A DNA stretch of 64,000 nucleotides from an uncultured bacterium (GCA_963819815.1 CAWFXL010000001.1:1540642-1604641), one strand, 5' to 3'; shown: positions 1-10,735, numbered from the stretch's first letter. Program-made: numbers and translations. Notes: generated by a model from the letters alone, not told the origin.

Positions 1-741
1 AAGAAGCCCTTTCCCTTCAAAGCCACCAGAGCCGATAGCAATACGAGATTGTTCAATCTGGTAGCGCTCTTTTTTGCTATCACCAGCCCCGAAAAAGACC
101 ATGATACGTGTCTTTTGATATGGCTTAAGAGACTTATATACGATGGGTGCCGTGAGACATAAAAGGAGCAGGACGCCAGCAAAGAACTTTCTGCTCAGCC
201 CGGCTAGCCATAGCAGTATAGCACCTGAAAAAAGGACAATAAGCGATGTTCCTAAGTCTGGTTGCATGCGTATAAGGATAAAGCTGCATCCAAGCACCAT
301 AAGGACGGGAACAAAATTCTGAAACTTAAGGGTACCGACATCCTGCTGCTCTGTAGCGAGGTAATAGGTAACAAAAGCGGGGAAAAAGAGCTTGGCAAGT
401 TCAGCAGGCTGAAACTTTGTAAAGCCCATATTAATCCAGCGCTGTGCTCCCATTCCTATGCTACCTTTTACGATGGTAACTACCAGAAGGATGATAGTGA
501 CAAAATACATAAAGAAGCCGGCACGCTCAAGAGTTCTATAGTCTAATGAGCAGACTACAAGGTAGATGATTATGCCGGTAAGAATGCCAAAAAGCTGCTT
601 CTTAAAATAGAGAGAATAGGGGACCAGCGGCGTGTAGGTAGCACTGAAGACAAAGAGGAGCCCAATGGCAGAGAGGACCAGCATGACAAAAAAGCTAATC
701 CAATCAAAGGAATGCAGATACCTGCGATCAATGAGCCACAT
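1..741 (-). CDS. rodA: Rod shape-determining protein RodA (SEDS/FtsW family), 3' end runs off the window
   Basis: Not in the ORF track. My minus-strand translation from ATG 741 gives MWLIDRRYLHSFDWISFFVMLVLSAIGLLFVFSAT..., and the same frame at the window edge reads ERYQIEQSRIAIGSGGFEGKGLL, the SEDS signature. Confidence 0.9.
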   Translation of the reverse strand, partial: MWLIDRRYLHSFDWISFFVMLVLSAIGLLFVFSATYTPLVPYSLYFKKQLFGILTGIIIYLVVCSLDYRTLERAGFFMYFVTIILLVVTIVKGSIGMGAQRWINMGFTKFQPAELAKLFFPAFVTYYLATEQQDVGTLKFQNFVPVLMVLGCSFILIRMQPDLGTSLIVLFSGAILLWLAGLSRKFFAGVLLLLCLTAPIVYKSLKPYQKTRIMVFFGAGDSKKERYQIEQSRIAIGSGGFEGKGLL

Positions 742-774
742 AGCCTGTACGTTTAGTAGGGTAGATGAAGAATA

Positions 775-850
775 TGGTCGGGGCGGCCAGACTCGAACTG
801 ACAACCCCTCGCTCCCAAAGCGAGTGCGCTACCAATTGCGCCACGCCCCG
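775..850 (-). tRNA. tRNA-Pro (TGG)
   Basis: Reverse complement CGGGGCG...CTCGC-TTTGGGA-GCGAG...TTCGAGT...CGCCCCGACCA folds as a cloverleaf with encoded CCA. Confidence 0.97.
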
Positions 851-924
851 ACATGTGATCCTTAGTCTATACTAAAATTGAGAAGGTACTCAATCTTTTT
901 TAGTATGATGTCAAAAAAAAAGCT

Positions 925-1001
925 TGGGGTGAATGGTGGGACTCGAACCCACGGCCACCAGAGCCACAATCTGGTGCTCTACCAACTGAGCTACATTCAC
1001 C
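925..1001 (-). tRNA. tRNA-His (GTG) with encoded G-1
   Basis: Reverse complement G-GTGAATG...CCAGA-TTGTGGC-TCTGG...TTCGAGT...CATTCAC-C-CCA. Confidence 0.97.
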
Positions 1002-1160
1002 ATGCATTATTCAAGTATACGCAAGTTCTAAAAAACAATCAAAAAAGGGTCAATTCAGTTATAAAATAATACCTTTAAGGATTTAATTTTTTATAGTATA
1101 CTGTATGGTTGGTGACTAGGATACACAAAGATATCCTCTATTTTGAGAAGAATCAAGCAC

Positions 1161-3716
1161 ATGACAAAGAAAACAAATCATTGGATCAAGGTTGTAGGTG
1201 CTCGGGAACACAATCTTAAGAATATTTCGATCGATATTCCTAAAGACTCATTAACGGTTATTACCGGGCCTTCAGGGTCAGGGAAAAGCTCTCTAGCACT
1301 TGATATCCTCTATACTGAAGGCAAAAGAAGATACATAGAATCATTGTCTTCCTATGCACGACAGTTTCTTGGATTGCCTAAGAAGCCTGATGTTGATCGT
1401 ATCGATGGACTTTGCCCTGCTATAGCTATAGATCAGAAGACGGTGGGTCATAACCCCCGTTCAACGGTAGGGACTATTACAGAGATTTATGATTATTTGC
1501 GAGTGCTCTTTGCACGCATTGGCTTCCTCGCATGCCCTGACTGCCAGATTCCCATAGCAGCAACCCAACCGGATAAGATTGCCGATTTATTGCATAAGCA
1601 GCTTAAAGGTCAGACTGTACTGATAGCGGCTCCTATAGCCATGTATAAGAAGGGCGAGTTTGTTAATGAGCTTGATAAGCTATTTACTGCAGGGTATTAC
1701 CGCTTTATTATTGACGGTAAGCAGTACCATTTTAAGCGGCTTGAAGACATCTATATGTTAAAGCTCAAAAAAAGTGAGCGACATACGATCGATCTGCTCT
1801 TAGATTCGGTTGATGTAGCTACGGAGGATATTTCTCGGTTACAGGAATCTATTGAGCGTGCATTCTCCCTTGCTGGAGGTATGTGTAAGGTGATAGTTGG
1901 AGAGGAAGAGCATATGTATGCGGCAGCACGCATGTGCTTACGCTGTGCGTATTCATTTCCCGAGCTTGAGCCTCGCCTTTTTTCTTTCAATTCCCCAATA
2001 GGGGCCTGTAAGCGATGCCATGGCCTTGGTAGTTTCTATGAAAGCTATGAGCATGAGGATGAAGAGGGTGAATCGTATAAACATGTAGTTTGCTCAAGCT
2101 GTGAAGGTAGGCGGTTACATAAGGCGGCATTAGCCGTTAAAGTTGGTGGAAAGAACATCTATGAGCTGGGAGAGCTTTCTATCAGAGATCTTCTAGAGTT
2201 CTTTGCCAAGCTTGAGCTTGATGAAGAGCAAACGATCCTTTCAGAAAGGCTTAATCAAGAAATATCCTCCCGATTGACCTTTTTATGCGATGTAGGACTT
2301 GAGTATCTGTCATTAAATCGGACGTCAAGAACGTTATCGGGCGGAGAAGGACAACGTATTCGGTTGGCTACCCAAATAGGATCAGCCTTAAGTGGCGTGC
2401 TTTATATTCTGGATGAGCCAAGTGTTGGACTGCATCAGCGTGATAATGATCGCCTTATTAAGACGCTTCATAAGTTACGAGATTTGGGGAACACGATTTT
2501 AGTGGTTGAGCATGATACCGATACGATGATGAGCTCAGATTATATTATAGATATGGGCCCTGCAGCAGGAATCTTCGGGGGATCGGTGGTTGCCGTAGGA
2601 ACTCCTCAAGAGATCGCAGCGAATCCTCTTTCACTAACTGGTGATTATTTAAGTGGTCGACGTGGTATACATGCCGCGAAAACAGTACGTGAGCCTAAAG
2701 GATATTTAGTGCTGAGTGATGTTTCTACCCATAACTTGAAACATATAACCGTTAAGTTCCCCCTCGGGGTACTATGCGGGATCTCAGGAGTTTCGGGTTC
2801 TGGTAAGAGTACGCTTATTATGGAAGAGCTGGTACCAGCTGTAGCTCGATCATTGACCCGTTCTTCAACGGCAGTTCCTGAATGGATGAAGGAGATGTTT
2901 GCAGGAAAAAATAAACTTGAAGGTGTCGAAGCTCTTGAAAATTTGGTGGTTATCGACCAAGCCCCTATCGGACGAAGCTCCCGGTCAACGCCAGCAACAT
3001 ACCTTGGCTTATTCGATGAGGTGAGGTCATTGTTTGCTTCACTCCCTGAAAGTACTATTCGTGGGTATAAAGTAGGCAGATTTAGTTTTAACGTTCCTGA
3101 AGGGCGCTGTTCCCACTGTAAAGGGGATGGTATTGTGACCGTCTCTATGCACTTTTTAGCCGACGTTACCTTGACCTGTAGCGTCTGTAAGGGTACACGG
3201 TATAATTCTCAAACCCGAGAAATTCTTTTTAAAGGGAAAAACATAGCGGAAGTCCTTTCAATGACTGCGGGTGAAGCGGTTGAGTTCTTCCAAGCGCATA
3301 AGCGGCTTCATAAGAAGTTACAGCTTTTGTGTGAGGTTGGTCTTGATTACCTTCAGCTAGGGCAATCTTCAACAACATTGTCAGGAGGAGAAGCACAGCG
3401 CATTAAGCTGGCAAGTGAGCTTGCTAAAAGGGGTACAAAGACGCTCTATGTGCTTGATGAACCAACAACAGGACTTCATGCAAGTGATATTGAGAAACTA
3501 CTGAAAGTACTGCAAAATCTTGTTGATAAGGGAAACTCTCTTCTTGTGATAGAACATAATCTTGATGTTCTTAAAACGGTTGACTATATCATAGATATGG
3601 GACCAGAGGGTGGCGATAAAGGCGGCCTAGTGGTTGCAGAAGGCGCACCTTTGGATGTTGCTCAGAATCCAAAAAGTCATACGGGTAGATATTTAAAGAA
3701 GATTCTTGAAAGATGA
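1161..3716 (+). CDS. uvrA: Excinuclease ABC subunit A (short form lacking the insertion domain)
   Basis: GAREHNLKN, two Walker A motifs (GPSGSGKS, GVSGSGKS), two LSGGE signatures and Zn-finger CxxC pairs. ATG 1161 preferred over TTG 1143. Confidence 0.97.
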   Translation: MTKKTNHWIKVVGAREHNLKNISIDIPKDSLTVITGPSGSGKSSLALDILYTEGKRRYIESLSSYARQFLGLPKKPDVDRIDGLCPAIAIDQKTVGHNPRSTVGTITEIYDYLRVLFARIGFLACPDCQIPIAATQPDKIADLLHKQLKGQTVLIAAPIAMYKKGEFVNELDKLFTAGYYRFIIDGKQYHFKRLEDIYMLKLKKSERHTIDLLLDSVDVATEDISRLQESIERAFSLAGGMCKVIVGEEEHMYAAARMCLRCAYSFPELEPRLFSFNSPIGACKRCHGLGSFYESYEHEDEEGESYKHVVCSSCEGRRLHKAALAVKVGGKNIYELGELSIRDLLEFFAKLELDEEQTILSERLNQEISSRLTFLCDVGLEYLSLNRTSRTLSGGEGQRIRLATQIGSALSGVLYILDEPSVGLHQRDNDRLIKTLHKLRDLGNTILVVEHDTDTMMSSDYIIDMGPAAGIFGGSVVAVGTPQEIAANPLSLTGDYLSGRRGIHAAKTVREPKGYLVLSDVSTHNLKHITVKFPLGVLCGISGVSGSGKSTLIMEELVPAVARSLTRSSTAVPEWMKEMFAGKNKLEGVEALENLVVIDQAPIGRSSRSTPATYLGLFDEVRSLFASLPESTIRGYKVGRFSFNVPEGRCSHCKGDGIVTVSMHFLADVTLTCSVCKGTRYNSQTREILFKGKNIAEVLSMTAGEAVEFFQAHKRLHKKLQLLCEVGLDYLQLGQSSTTLSGGEAQRIKLASELAKRGTKTLYVLDEPTTGLHASDIEKLLKVLQNLVDKGNSLLVIEHNLDVLKTVDYIIDMGPEGGDKGGLVVAEGAPLDVAQNPKSHTGRYLKKILER

Positions 3717-3826
3717 TGGCAGCGAGCCATTTGCATCATTGGGTCTCTTTGAGTAGACTATAAAAATAGATAAGGCATTTTAAGAAGGAATGTCTCGTGA
3801 ATCGTATTTTAGTCAAGGAATATACT

Positions 3827-4945
3827 ATGAAAAAAATTATACTGTGTATGCTTGTAGGTGCAGGAGCTTTCTGTAGCGCGTCTCAGAAAGAAGAATTTAA
3901 TCTGCTTGCTGTACCTCAGCTTAAATCTGAAAATGTGGTTGCTTTTAAAGAATCCCTGGCAAGTCAAATGAGCAGGGTGCGTATGACGAAGTACGTGGTC
4001 TATGGAGCATTGGCATTCGGGACTTTTGAGATGATTCGACGATCATTCTTTTCAGAAGATACGAGTCCCGTTACTCAAAAAGATCATGCTGAGCTTGCTA
4101 AAAAAGTTGGTGATGTAGAGAAGTTTAAGGGGCGTATAGATGCCTTAGAAAGAAATGCACATATACCTGGAATCCAAACCCAGTGGCTTCCTTGGATTAC
4201 TGATAAAGTAACATCTGCAGGGCAAAAAGTTGGAGAATGGCTTCCCTCAATTGTTAAGGCCTATTTGTACTCACAAGCTGGATCCATAGTGCTACGCCAT
4301 GTACCTCAGATTGATGGGTATATTGCTCTTAACCCAACGATTAATTGGTGTATGCTCAGCGGAACACCGTTCATTGATGCAATCGGAAGTTTTATGGGCT
4401 GGTTCCAAGCACTGCAATTAGAGCCGGGCAAGTACCTTGATCCACATAATCCTGAAGCTCCTCTTAAGAATCTTGATAAAAGAAGTCTTGCGATCTCTTG
4501 CCATGACTTAGTCTCTGCGATGGAGCAGGTACTTGGATACATGGACTATGTTACCGAAAGCCTTAATCCCAAAGATGAAAAATATCTCATACAGAAGAGC
4601 CGTGCTGAAATATGCAGAGAAACGATAGCCACTGAAATGAAGGCCTTCATCGTTATGATGAATGCGTTCTTACAGGAAGAGTCTATAACAGCTGAGATCT
4701 TTGATGGTATGATGAGCTTCTGGCATGCTAAGATGTTCTTAATTGTTCAGCAGCTTGAAAACTTTGAGCCGGTGACCATCGCCGCAGGGTTTAAGGAACG
4801 AGATGGCAAAGGTAATTTTAATCTCATTAAGAAGTACCTTCTTCCTAATTTGGAGAGAAAGCCTGAACCAGCTCCAACCGTAGGACCATTGCAACAATTG
4901 GGTGGTGATATCATTGGACAGGTTGCCCAGACAGTCTTTTCCTAA
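3827..4945 (+). CDS. Hypothetical exported or membrane protein
   Basis: Long ORF with AAGGA upstream of ATG 3827 and signal-peptide-like MKKIILCMLVGAGAFCSA. No family recognised. Confidence 0.75.
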   Translation: MKKIILCMLVGAGAFCSASQKEEFNLLAVPQLKSENVVAFKESLASQMSRVRMTKYVVYGALAFGTFEMIRRSFFSEDTSPVTQKDHAELAKKVGDVEKFKGRIDALERNAHIPGIQTQWLPWITDKVTSAGQKVGEWLPSIVKAYLYSQAGSIVLRHVPQIDGYIALNPTINWCMLSGTPFIDAIGSFMGWFQALQLEPGKYLDPHNPEAPLKNLDKRSLAISCHDLVSAMEQVLGYMDYVTESLNPKDEKYLIQKSRAEICRETIATEMKAFIVMMNAFLQEESITAEIFDGMMSFWHAKMFLIVQQLENFEPVTIAAGFKERDGKGNFNLIKKYLLPNLERKPEPAPTVGPLQQLGGDIIGQVAQTVFS

Positions 4946-4958
4946 ATAGAGCTACAAA

Positions 4959-4997
4959 AAACTCCCCCTTGCCTGGTCAACGGGTAAGGGGGAGTTT
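4959..4997 (+). terminator. Hairpin, putative intrinsic terminator
   Basis: AAACTCCCCCTT...AAGGGGGAGTTT inverted repeat just after the stop. Confidence 0.65.
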
Positions 4998-5129
4998 GCA
5001 TTTGATGTTCCCCCCATGCTTTTACGCGCTAATAGACTAAAGATAAGCTCCTCCACTTGACGGGAACTGTGATATTTTATATACTAAAAAATACATTTAG
5101 AAAATCGTTAATATGATAATTGGAGTCCT

Positions 5130-5966
5130 ATGAAATTTCTAAGAATGGCACTTTTTGCTGCACTCCTGAGTTCAGGAAGTTTGGTTTCACTGTATGGTAT
5201 GTTCCCGCAATTTAATATCGCGATCATTAATTCTTTATGCGTGCCCTTGGAGGTTAATTATTGTATTACAGGTAACCAGAAGATATCTCGAGTTATTGTT
5301 CCGGGGCAAGTTAAAATAATAGGGTCTGAGGATATTATTATGCCAGATTCGATGATTGCTTTTTCTGGATATGGTGTGGTGAACGGCTATCTCGTTAATA
5401 CTACCGAATTATTCCACAATGTGCTACGCGCTACATGGGAGAGTCTACAACCAATTAAGGGAGACCCTTTAATTATTACCGTTTCTTCAAAGGGGTTACT
5501 TGCTCCAAGTGAAGTTACTTTTGAGTTTTCAAAGAACCTACCTGGTGCAATAAGGGAAAGCTATGATAATATTGTCAAATCAGGAAAAGGCAAACCGCTG
5601 GCAGCATTTGTACCTCTTAGCCGCTACGATTTAGTGGAAGCATTAACTTTGAAGCAGCTTTTAAGGATCAGGCACAGTAACCAATTGAATACAGTACTTG
5701 TTCCTGCGCGTTGGTGGGAATGGAATTCTACAACTGGAGAAGATGCATTTAGATATATTTTAGGTCTTAATAAAGATTATAGAGAGGCTGATGTCAAAAG
5801 AGCCTATAGCGATATTGAAACCGAATGGGATACGGGTAATATCATAGGTCATGAGGCGCAAGGCTACGCTACAACTGTCATATCGGTTGCAAAGCAAGCA
5901 CATGATCTGTTGCTAGAAAGCCTTAAAGACAGGGGACTTATGGATGAGTGGCAGCTCCTTCGATAA
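5130..5966 (+). CDS. Exported hypothetical protein with C-terminal degenerate J-domain-like region
   Basis: GGAG RBS and signal peptide. The C-terminal FRYILGL..YREADVKRAY...W resembles DnaJ helices I-II but has no HPD. Confidence 0.7.
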   Translation: MKFLRMALFAALLSSGSLVSLYGMFPQFNIAIINSLCVPLEVNYCITGNQKISRVIVPGQVKIIGSEDIIMPDSMIAFSGYGVVNGYLVNTTELFHNVLRATWESLQPIKGDPLIITVSSKGLLAPSEVTFEFSKNLPGAIRESYDNIVKSGKGKPLAAFVPLSRYDLVEALTLKQLLRIRHSNQLNTVLVPARWWEWNSTTGEDAFRYILGLNKDYREADVKRAYSDIETEWDTGNIIGHEAQGYATTVISVAKQAHDLLLESLKDRGLMDEWQLLR

Positions 5967-6119
5967 GAGGGCTGCAGATAGAACTTAGAAAACTCACCTC
6001 TTTTTTCTCAGATCCCACGTCCCGAGTATGCTCATTGTTACGATGTTAAAAGATGCGATTTTTTTGAAGGTGCGGTAGACTGAGTTGGGTAACTTTCTCA
6101 CCCTAGTGCGGGAGATCCC

Positions 6120-8756
6120 ATGTCTGAAAAGCCGCTCACTCCTTTAATGCAGCAGTACTTTTCTTTGAAGGCTGCCTATCCTGATACCATCTTGCTCTTT
6201 CAAGTGGGAGACTTTTATGAGCTCTTTTTTGAAGATGCTCAAGTAGCTGCGTCTATTTTAGGTATCGCGCTTACCAAACGTGGATCTCATGGGGGTGAAC
6301 CGATACCTTTATGCGGAGTTCCCTTGCACGTTCGTGATCATTATCTGACGAAGTTAGTTAAAGCGGGCTTTAAGGTTGCGCTCTGTGACCAACTTGAAGA
6401 GCCGCGCCCAGGAAAATTAGTGGAGCGTGGTATTACCGCTGTGCTTACTCCAGGGACGCTCACTGACTCAAAACTGCTCGAAGAAAAGTCAGCGTCCTAT
6501 TTAGCGGTATTCTATGCGACTGAGAACTCATGGACCTTTCTCTGTGCTGAGCTTCTGACGGGACAGCTTTTTGTGACCCTTTTTTCTGAACGTACATTGA
6601 CCGCTTTAGAGGCTGAGCTTACCCGGTTTATGCCCGACGAGATGGTAGTCTTAAAAACGAAAGCTCCGAGTCCCTATGTGACCTTTTTCCAGCGACAGGG
6701 TGTGGTGGTCTCTGTGCAGGAAGCTCCCACGCCACAGGAGCAGTTTGATGCACAGGCATGGGTAGCACAACGACTCGCCGAGCCGATATCCTCTGAAAGC
6801 TTTCAGGGTGCTATAGAGCTTTTATACACCTATTTAAAAAGGACACATGAGCAGGGACTCAATGAACTAAAGCAGCTCTCATTCTACCGACCTGAGGATT
6901 ATTTACTGATTGATGCAGCAACGCAAAGGAACCTTGAGCTTGTAAAAAACAACCAAGATGGATCTTTAAAGCATACTCTTTTTTCGGTGCTCGATAAGGC
7001 AGTAACACCTATGGGTTCGCGCATGCTTAAGAAGTGGATACTTCGCCCCTTGATAAACAAAAAACATATTGAAGAGCGTCAGGATGCAGTTGAGCTGTTG
7101 GTAAAAGATCATTCATTTAAAACAGCACTCAGAACATCTTGTAAGTCCCTTGGAGATCTTGAGCGTATTATTGGTCGTATTGCGCTTCGACGGGCACATC
7201 TTCACGATTATCAAGCACTCTATGCCGCATTAACCATAGTTCCAACTATTCGGCAGCTGTTAGCAACGAAGATCTCAGAAAGTAACGTAAGCTTACTCAA
7301 GTCTTTAACGAGCCAAATTGGTGATTATGCAGCGGTTACGGCCTTGTTAGCAGATTCTATTAACGATGATACCTCAAGTGAGTGGCTTATTAAAAAAGGG
7401 TATAATGCTGAGCTTGATCGCTTACGTATGTTAGTTGAGCAGGGAGCTCAGGCAGTAGCAGCCTTTGAACAGCGGGAGCAGGAGCGAACAGGCATAACCT
7501 CTTTGAAAGTAAAATATAATCAGGTACATGGGTATGGTATTGAAGTTACCAAACCAAATCTTCATCTTGTTCCAAGCGGGTATCTCAGGATCCAGACTCT
7601 TGCAAATCGTGAGCGGTTTACGACACAGGAGCTCAAAGACCTTGAGTATGATCTAAAAAGGGCACGTGCAGATATAGCACAGGTAGAGAAAGATCTATAT
7701 GAATCGGTAAAGCAGCAGATTGAGCACCACATTCCTGCATTGAAAAAGGGTGTCTATGCACTTGCCTATGCCGATTGCCTGGAAGCTCTTGCCGAGGTTG
7801 CCTATGGAATGAGCTATGTTAAACCTGTCATGCTTACTGAACAAACCATTAGCATTAAAGACGGAAGGCATCCAGTCGTAGAAAGTCGTATACAAGAGCG
7901 CTTTATTCCCAACAGTGTCGAATTGACAGATGAGGCTTCTTTATGGATTATTACCGGTCCCAATATGGGAGGTAAGTCGACGTTTCTTAGACAAGTCGCT
8001 TTAATCTGTATTATGGCTCAGATAGGATCATTTGTACCGGCAGCTGAGGCGCATCTTGGTATTGTTGATAGAGTATTTACGCGTATTGGAGCTTCAGATA
8101 ATGTTGCTGAAGGCAAAAGTACCTTTCTTGTTGAGATGGAAGAAACGGCCCTTATTTGTAAACAGGCTACTCAGAAAAGCTTGGTTATCTTAGATGAAGT
8201 AGGCAGAGGCACGAGTACGTTTGACGGGTTAGCGATAGCACAGGCAGTTGTTGAGCATCTCTATGCGACCATACAGGCCCGCTGTCTATTTGCGACCCAT
8301 TACCATGAGCTGACCGTGTTATGTACCGCGATGCCCGGAATTAAGCCCTATTATGCGGCAAGTATGAAAGCTGATCAGACCATGGTACTTCTTCATAAAA
8401 TTTTGCCGGGAGTGGCTGATGGAAGTTTTGGATTAGAAGCAGCAGCGCTTGCTCAGGTGCCTCCAAGTATTGTGGCACGTGCGCGTGACATCGTTGCCGA
8501 GCTTACTCTCTTAGAAGGAACACGGACGCATGCTGTACCTCATACAGATGTCGGCGGCACTGTTGGAGGAGAGACTCAACATCTTAAGGCTCTGCAATTA
8601 CGCAACCAAGAACTTGAGGCCTATGTGGTGCATCTTGATAAAGAGCGAGAAAAAGGGCAGTATATTGCGGCACAGCTTGCGCAGCTCGATTATGATAACC
8701 TTAGTCCAAAGCAGGCGCTCGACCTACTGTGGCAGCTTAAACAGAGGAATCTATGA
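6120..8756 (+). CDS. mutS: DNA mismatch repair protein MutS
   Basis: TPLMQQY, GDFYELF, GPNMGGKST, STFLVEM, DEVGRGTST, FATHYHEL. Confidence 0.98.
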   Translation: MSEKPLTPLMQQYFSLKAAYPDTILLFQVGDFYELFFEDAQVAASILGIALTKRGSHGGEPIPLCGVPLHVRDHYLTKLVKAGFKVALCDQLEEPRPGKLVERGITAVLTPGTLTDSKLLEEKSASYLAVFYATENSWTFLCAELLTGQLFVTLFSERTLTALEAELTRFMPDEMVVLKTKAPSPYVTFFQRQGVVVSVQEAPTPQEQFDAQAWVAQRLAEPISSESFQGAIELLYTYLKRTHEQGLNELKQLSFYRPEDYLLIDAATQRNLELVKNNQDGSLKHTLFSVLDKAVTPMGSRMLKKWILRPLINKKHIEERQDAVELLVKDHSFKTALRTSCKSLGDLERIIGRIALRRAHLHDYQALYAALTIVPTIRQLLATKISESNVSLLKSLTSQIGDYAAVTALLADSINDDTSSEWLIKKGYNAELDRLRMLVEQGAQAVAAFEQREQERTGITSLKVKYNQVHGYGIEVTKPNLHLVPSGYLRIQTLANRERFTTQELKDLEYDLKRARADIAQVEKDLYESVKQQIEHHIPALKKGVYALAYADCLEALAEVAYGMSYVKPVMLTEQTISIKDGRHPVVESRIQERFIPNSVELTDEASLWIITGPNMGGKSTFLRQVALICIMAQIGSFVPAAEAHLGIVDRVFTRIGASDNVAEGKSTFLVEMEETALICKQATQKSLVILDEVGRGTSTFDGLAIAQAVVEHLYATIQARCLFATHYHELTVLCTAMPGIKPYYAASMKADQTMVLLHKILPGVADGSFGLEAAALAQVPPSIVARARDIVAELTLLEGTRTHAVPHTDVGGTVGGETQHLKALQLRNQELEAYVVHLDKEREKGQYIAAQLAQLDYDNLSPKQALDLLWQLKQRNL

Positions 8757-9514
8757 TATTCAAGTATCCGATCAAAAGAACTTTCAAAGTGTGTTGCTAT
8801 GCTCTTATGGTGCTCTGTGTGAGTGGCATGATACCTACTGAAGCACGCAAAAGTAAGAGCCTCCCCAGTGGTACGATTGTGATCGATCCGGGTCATGGAG
8901 GACCCTATATCGGATCTGCAAGTCCGTCACAGCAGGTGATTGAAAAACATGCTGTACTTGAGTTAGCATTGCTCCTTGCTGATCGGTTGCGAGCGAAGGG
9001 CTTTACGGTAGTGCTTACCCGTACAGGAGATTATGCACTCGACCCTCGAGACTTGATCAATGATTTGAAAATGAGGGCGTATGTAGCTCGCGAGGTGAAA
9101 GCTGATATTTTAGTGTCGCTCCATTTAAACTCTTCGCCGAATGAAAAGATTCGGGGCTATGAAGTATATGTCCCTTACGAAGATAAGTTCCCCCTAAAGT
9201 CCTATGCGTTAGCGAGTGCTATCCATTATGACTTGAGCCATGAGGTAAAGCCTGAATTTGGTGGTGGTACTCTTGGGAACGTTAATACTATTGATTTGGG
9301 TATTCGTGCTTCAAAATTTAACGTGCTCGTACACTCAGTATGTCCTTCGGTGCTTGTTGAACTTGCCTACCTCTCTCATAAGGAGACGGAAAAACAGCTT
9401 CTTACCAAAGCATATAAAGACACCCTAGTTGATGCTCTTTATTTAGGAATACAACGCTATTTTGTTCATGCAAAGACGTCTATACATACAATCAAAGCGC
9501 TACCAACTCTTTAA
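8753..9514 (+). CDS. N-acetylmuramoyl-L-alanine amidase (Amidase_3, AmiA/AmiC type)
   Basis: IDPGHGG, E..L, SLHLN and PSVLVELAYLS Zn-amidase motifs. N-terminal hydrophobic segment. ATGA overlap with mutS. Confidence 0.92.
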   Translation: MIFKYPIKRTFKVCCYALMVLCVSGMIPTEARKSKSLPSGTIVIDPGHGGPYIGSASPSQQVIEKHAVLELALLLADRLRAKGFTVVLTRTGDYALDPRDLINDLKMRAYVAREVKADILVSLHLNSSPNEKIRGYEVYVPYEDKFPLKSYALASAIHYDLSHEVKPEFGGGTLGNVNTIDLGIRASKFNVLVHSVCPSVLVELAYLSHKETEKQLLTKAYKDTLVDALYLGIQRYFVHAKTSIHTIKALPTL

Positions 9515-10735
9515 AACTCTTCCCTTTTTAAGCTGAGTCAGCAGCGTGCTTGGATAAAAGAAGCTGAGGATCGTTTTGTACGAGTGTCCTTGGAGATCCA
9601 TCGCATAGGCTCCCCATTGACAGAGCCCAATATGATGGCCGTAGCCCTTGCCCTTCATTTGGAGCATGTGTGTATGCGGAATTATTTCACAACAGGCGCT
9701 TCGCATATGCTTATAGAAGAGCATTCTAAAATCATGAGCCATCATGCGAAATGTTTTGTTTTCAGTGTCGGTTATCAGAATATTCTGGGCAATGCCTGCA
9801 AGATCGAAGCCATCGATTGCTACTGATGCAACACCCTTAAGCTCGGGGAATTCTTTTTTTAGGGGGCCTTCTACTTCAGCAAAGGGTAGTGCATTTTCCC
9901 ATCTGAAGTATTTATTGTCTTTGCAATGGGTGCATGCATAGGTTCTTTTGAGATAGGGAGCTAGCTCAAACACATCAGTTTTCTTTTCCCCCGGGATGAC
10001 TCCACCACAGACAGCACTAAACATGGCAAGGATAGGTTTCCTGTTATGAGTGATGATGAGGCCTTTTGTTGCATCAATTATTCTTTTAAGACTGACTCCT
10101 GATTCATAGCCTCTATAGACTTGGTCTTCTACGCCTGAGTATAGGTCAAAAGGATAGGGCCAGTCTCTTCCAAGTGCTCTTTTATCTGATACACGCGCTA
10201 CAGCATAGGTTCTGCAGGCAATACACATGGCTTTTTGCACTTCATCGGGCCAGCTTGGGACCCCTTCATAGGGAAGTACACATTCAATATAGGGTTCAAG
10301 TCCTACGTGGTTCACAAGGTAGGTAGCATCAGACGTTCTTTCAAGAGAAACTATTCCCGGATAGCCGATGCCATTACATTGAAGGACCCCACTTCTTGGG
10401 AGAAAAAAGAGCTGAGATCGATCGATCTTTTTGGTGTTGTAGTATAAGGAGGTGCCTTCTGAAGAGAGTTCGAGTACCTTATCATCAAGAGGTCTTGTAC
10501 GACCTGTGATAGGATCATAGAGGGAAATGCCGCCTTCGCATGAAATCTTCCAGTGCACGTTTGAAGGGAGACTTTCGCAAAGAAGAATTCGAACAGGGTG
10601 TTCAAGAGCAAGCTTTTTGTATAAGGATGCATGTTTCTGCAGAGGGAAATAAGCGTGAGCTGTTTGTGGGAGACACATCATGTCAGAGGTCATGAAGCTT
10701 ATCATCGCGAAAATATATACGTACGTACCATTCAT
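9500..10735 (-). CDS. SpoIID/LytB-family lytic transglycosylase, paralogue 1
   Basis: LVNHVGLEPYIECVLPYE (catalytic Glu), KAMCIACRTYA, DQVYRG, GYGHHIGLCQWGA, ILSFFYP. Confidence 0.9.
   Translation of the reverse strand: MNGTYVYIFAMISFMTSDMMCLPQTAHAYFPLQKHASLYKKLALEHPVRILLCESLPSNVHWKISCEGGISLYDPITGRTRPLDDKVLELSSEGTSLYYNTKKIDRSQLFFLPRSGVLQCNGIGYPGIVSLERTSDATYLVNHVGLEPYIECVLPYEGVPSWPDEVQKAMCIACRTYAVARVSDKRALGRDWPYPFDLYSGVEDQVYRGYESGVSLKRIIDATKGLIITHNRKPILAMFSAVCGGVIPGEKKTDVFELAPYLKRTYACTHCKDNKYFRWENALPFAEVEGPLKKEFPELKGVASVAIDGFDLAGIAQNILITDTENKTFRMMAHDFRMLFYKHMRSACCEIIPHTHMLQMKGKGYGHHIGLCQWGAYAMDLQGHSYKTILSFFYPSTLLTQLKKGRVLKSW

Noticed and set aside
262..1069. Plus-strand ORFs 262..546, 665..865 and 878..1069
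   Set aside because: They are antisense shadows of rodA and the two tRNAs.
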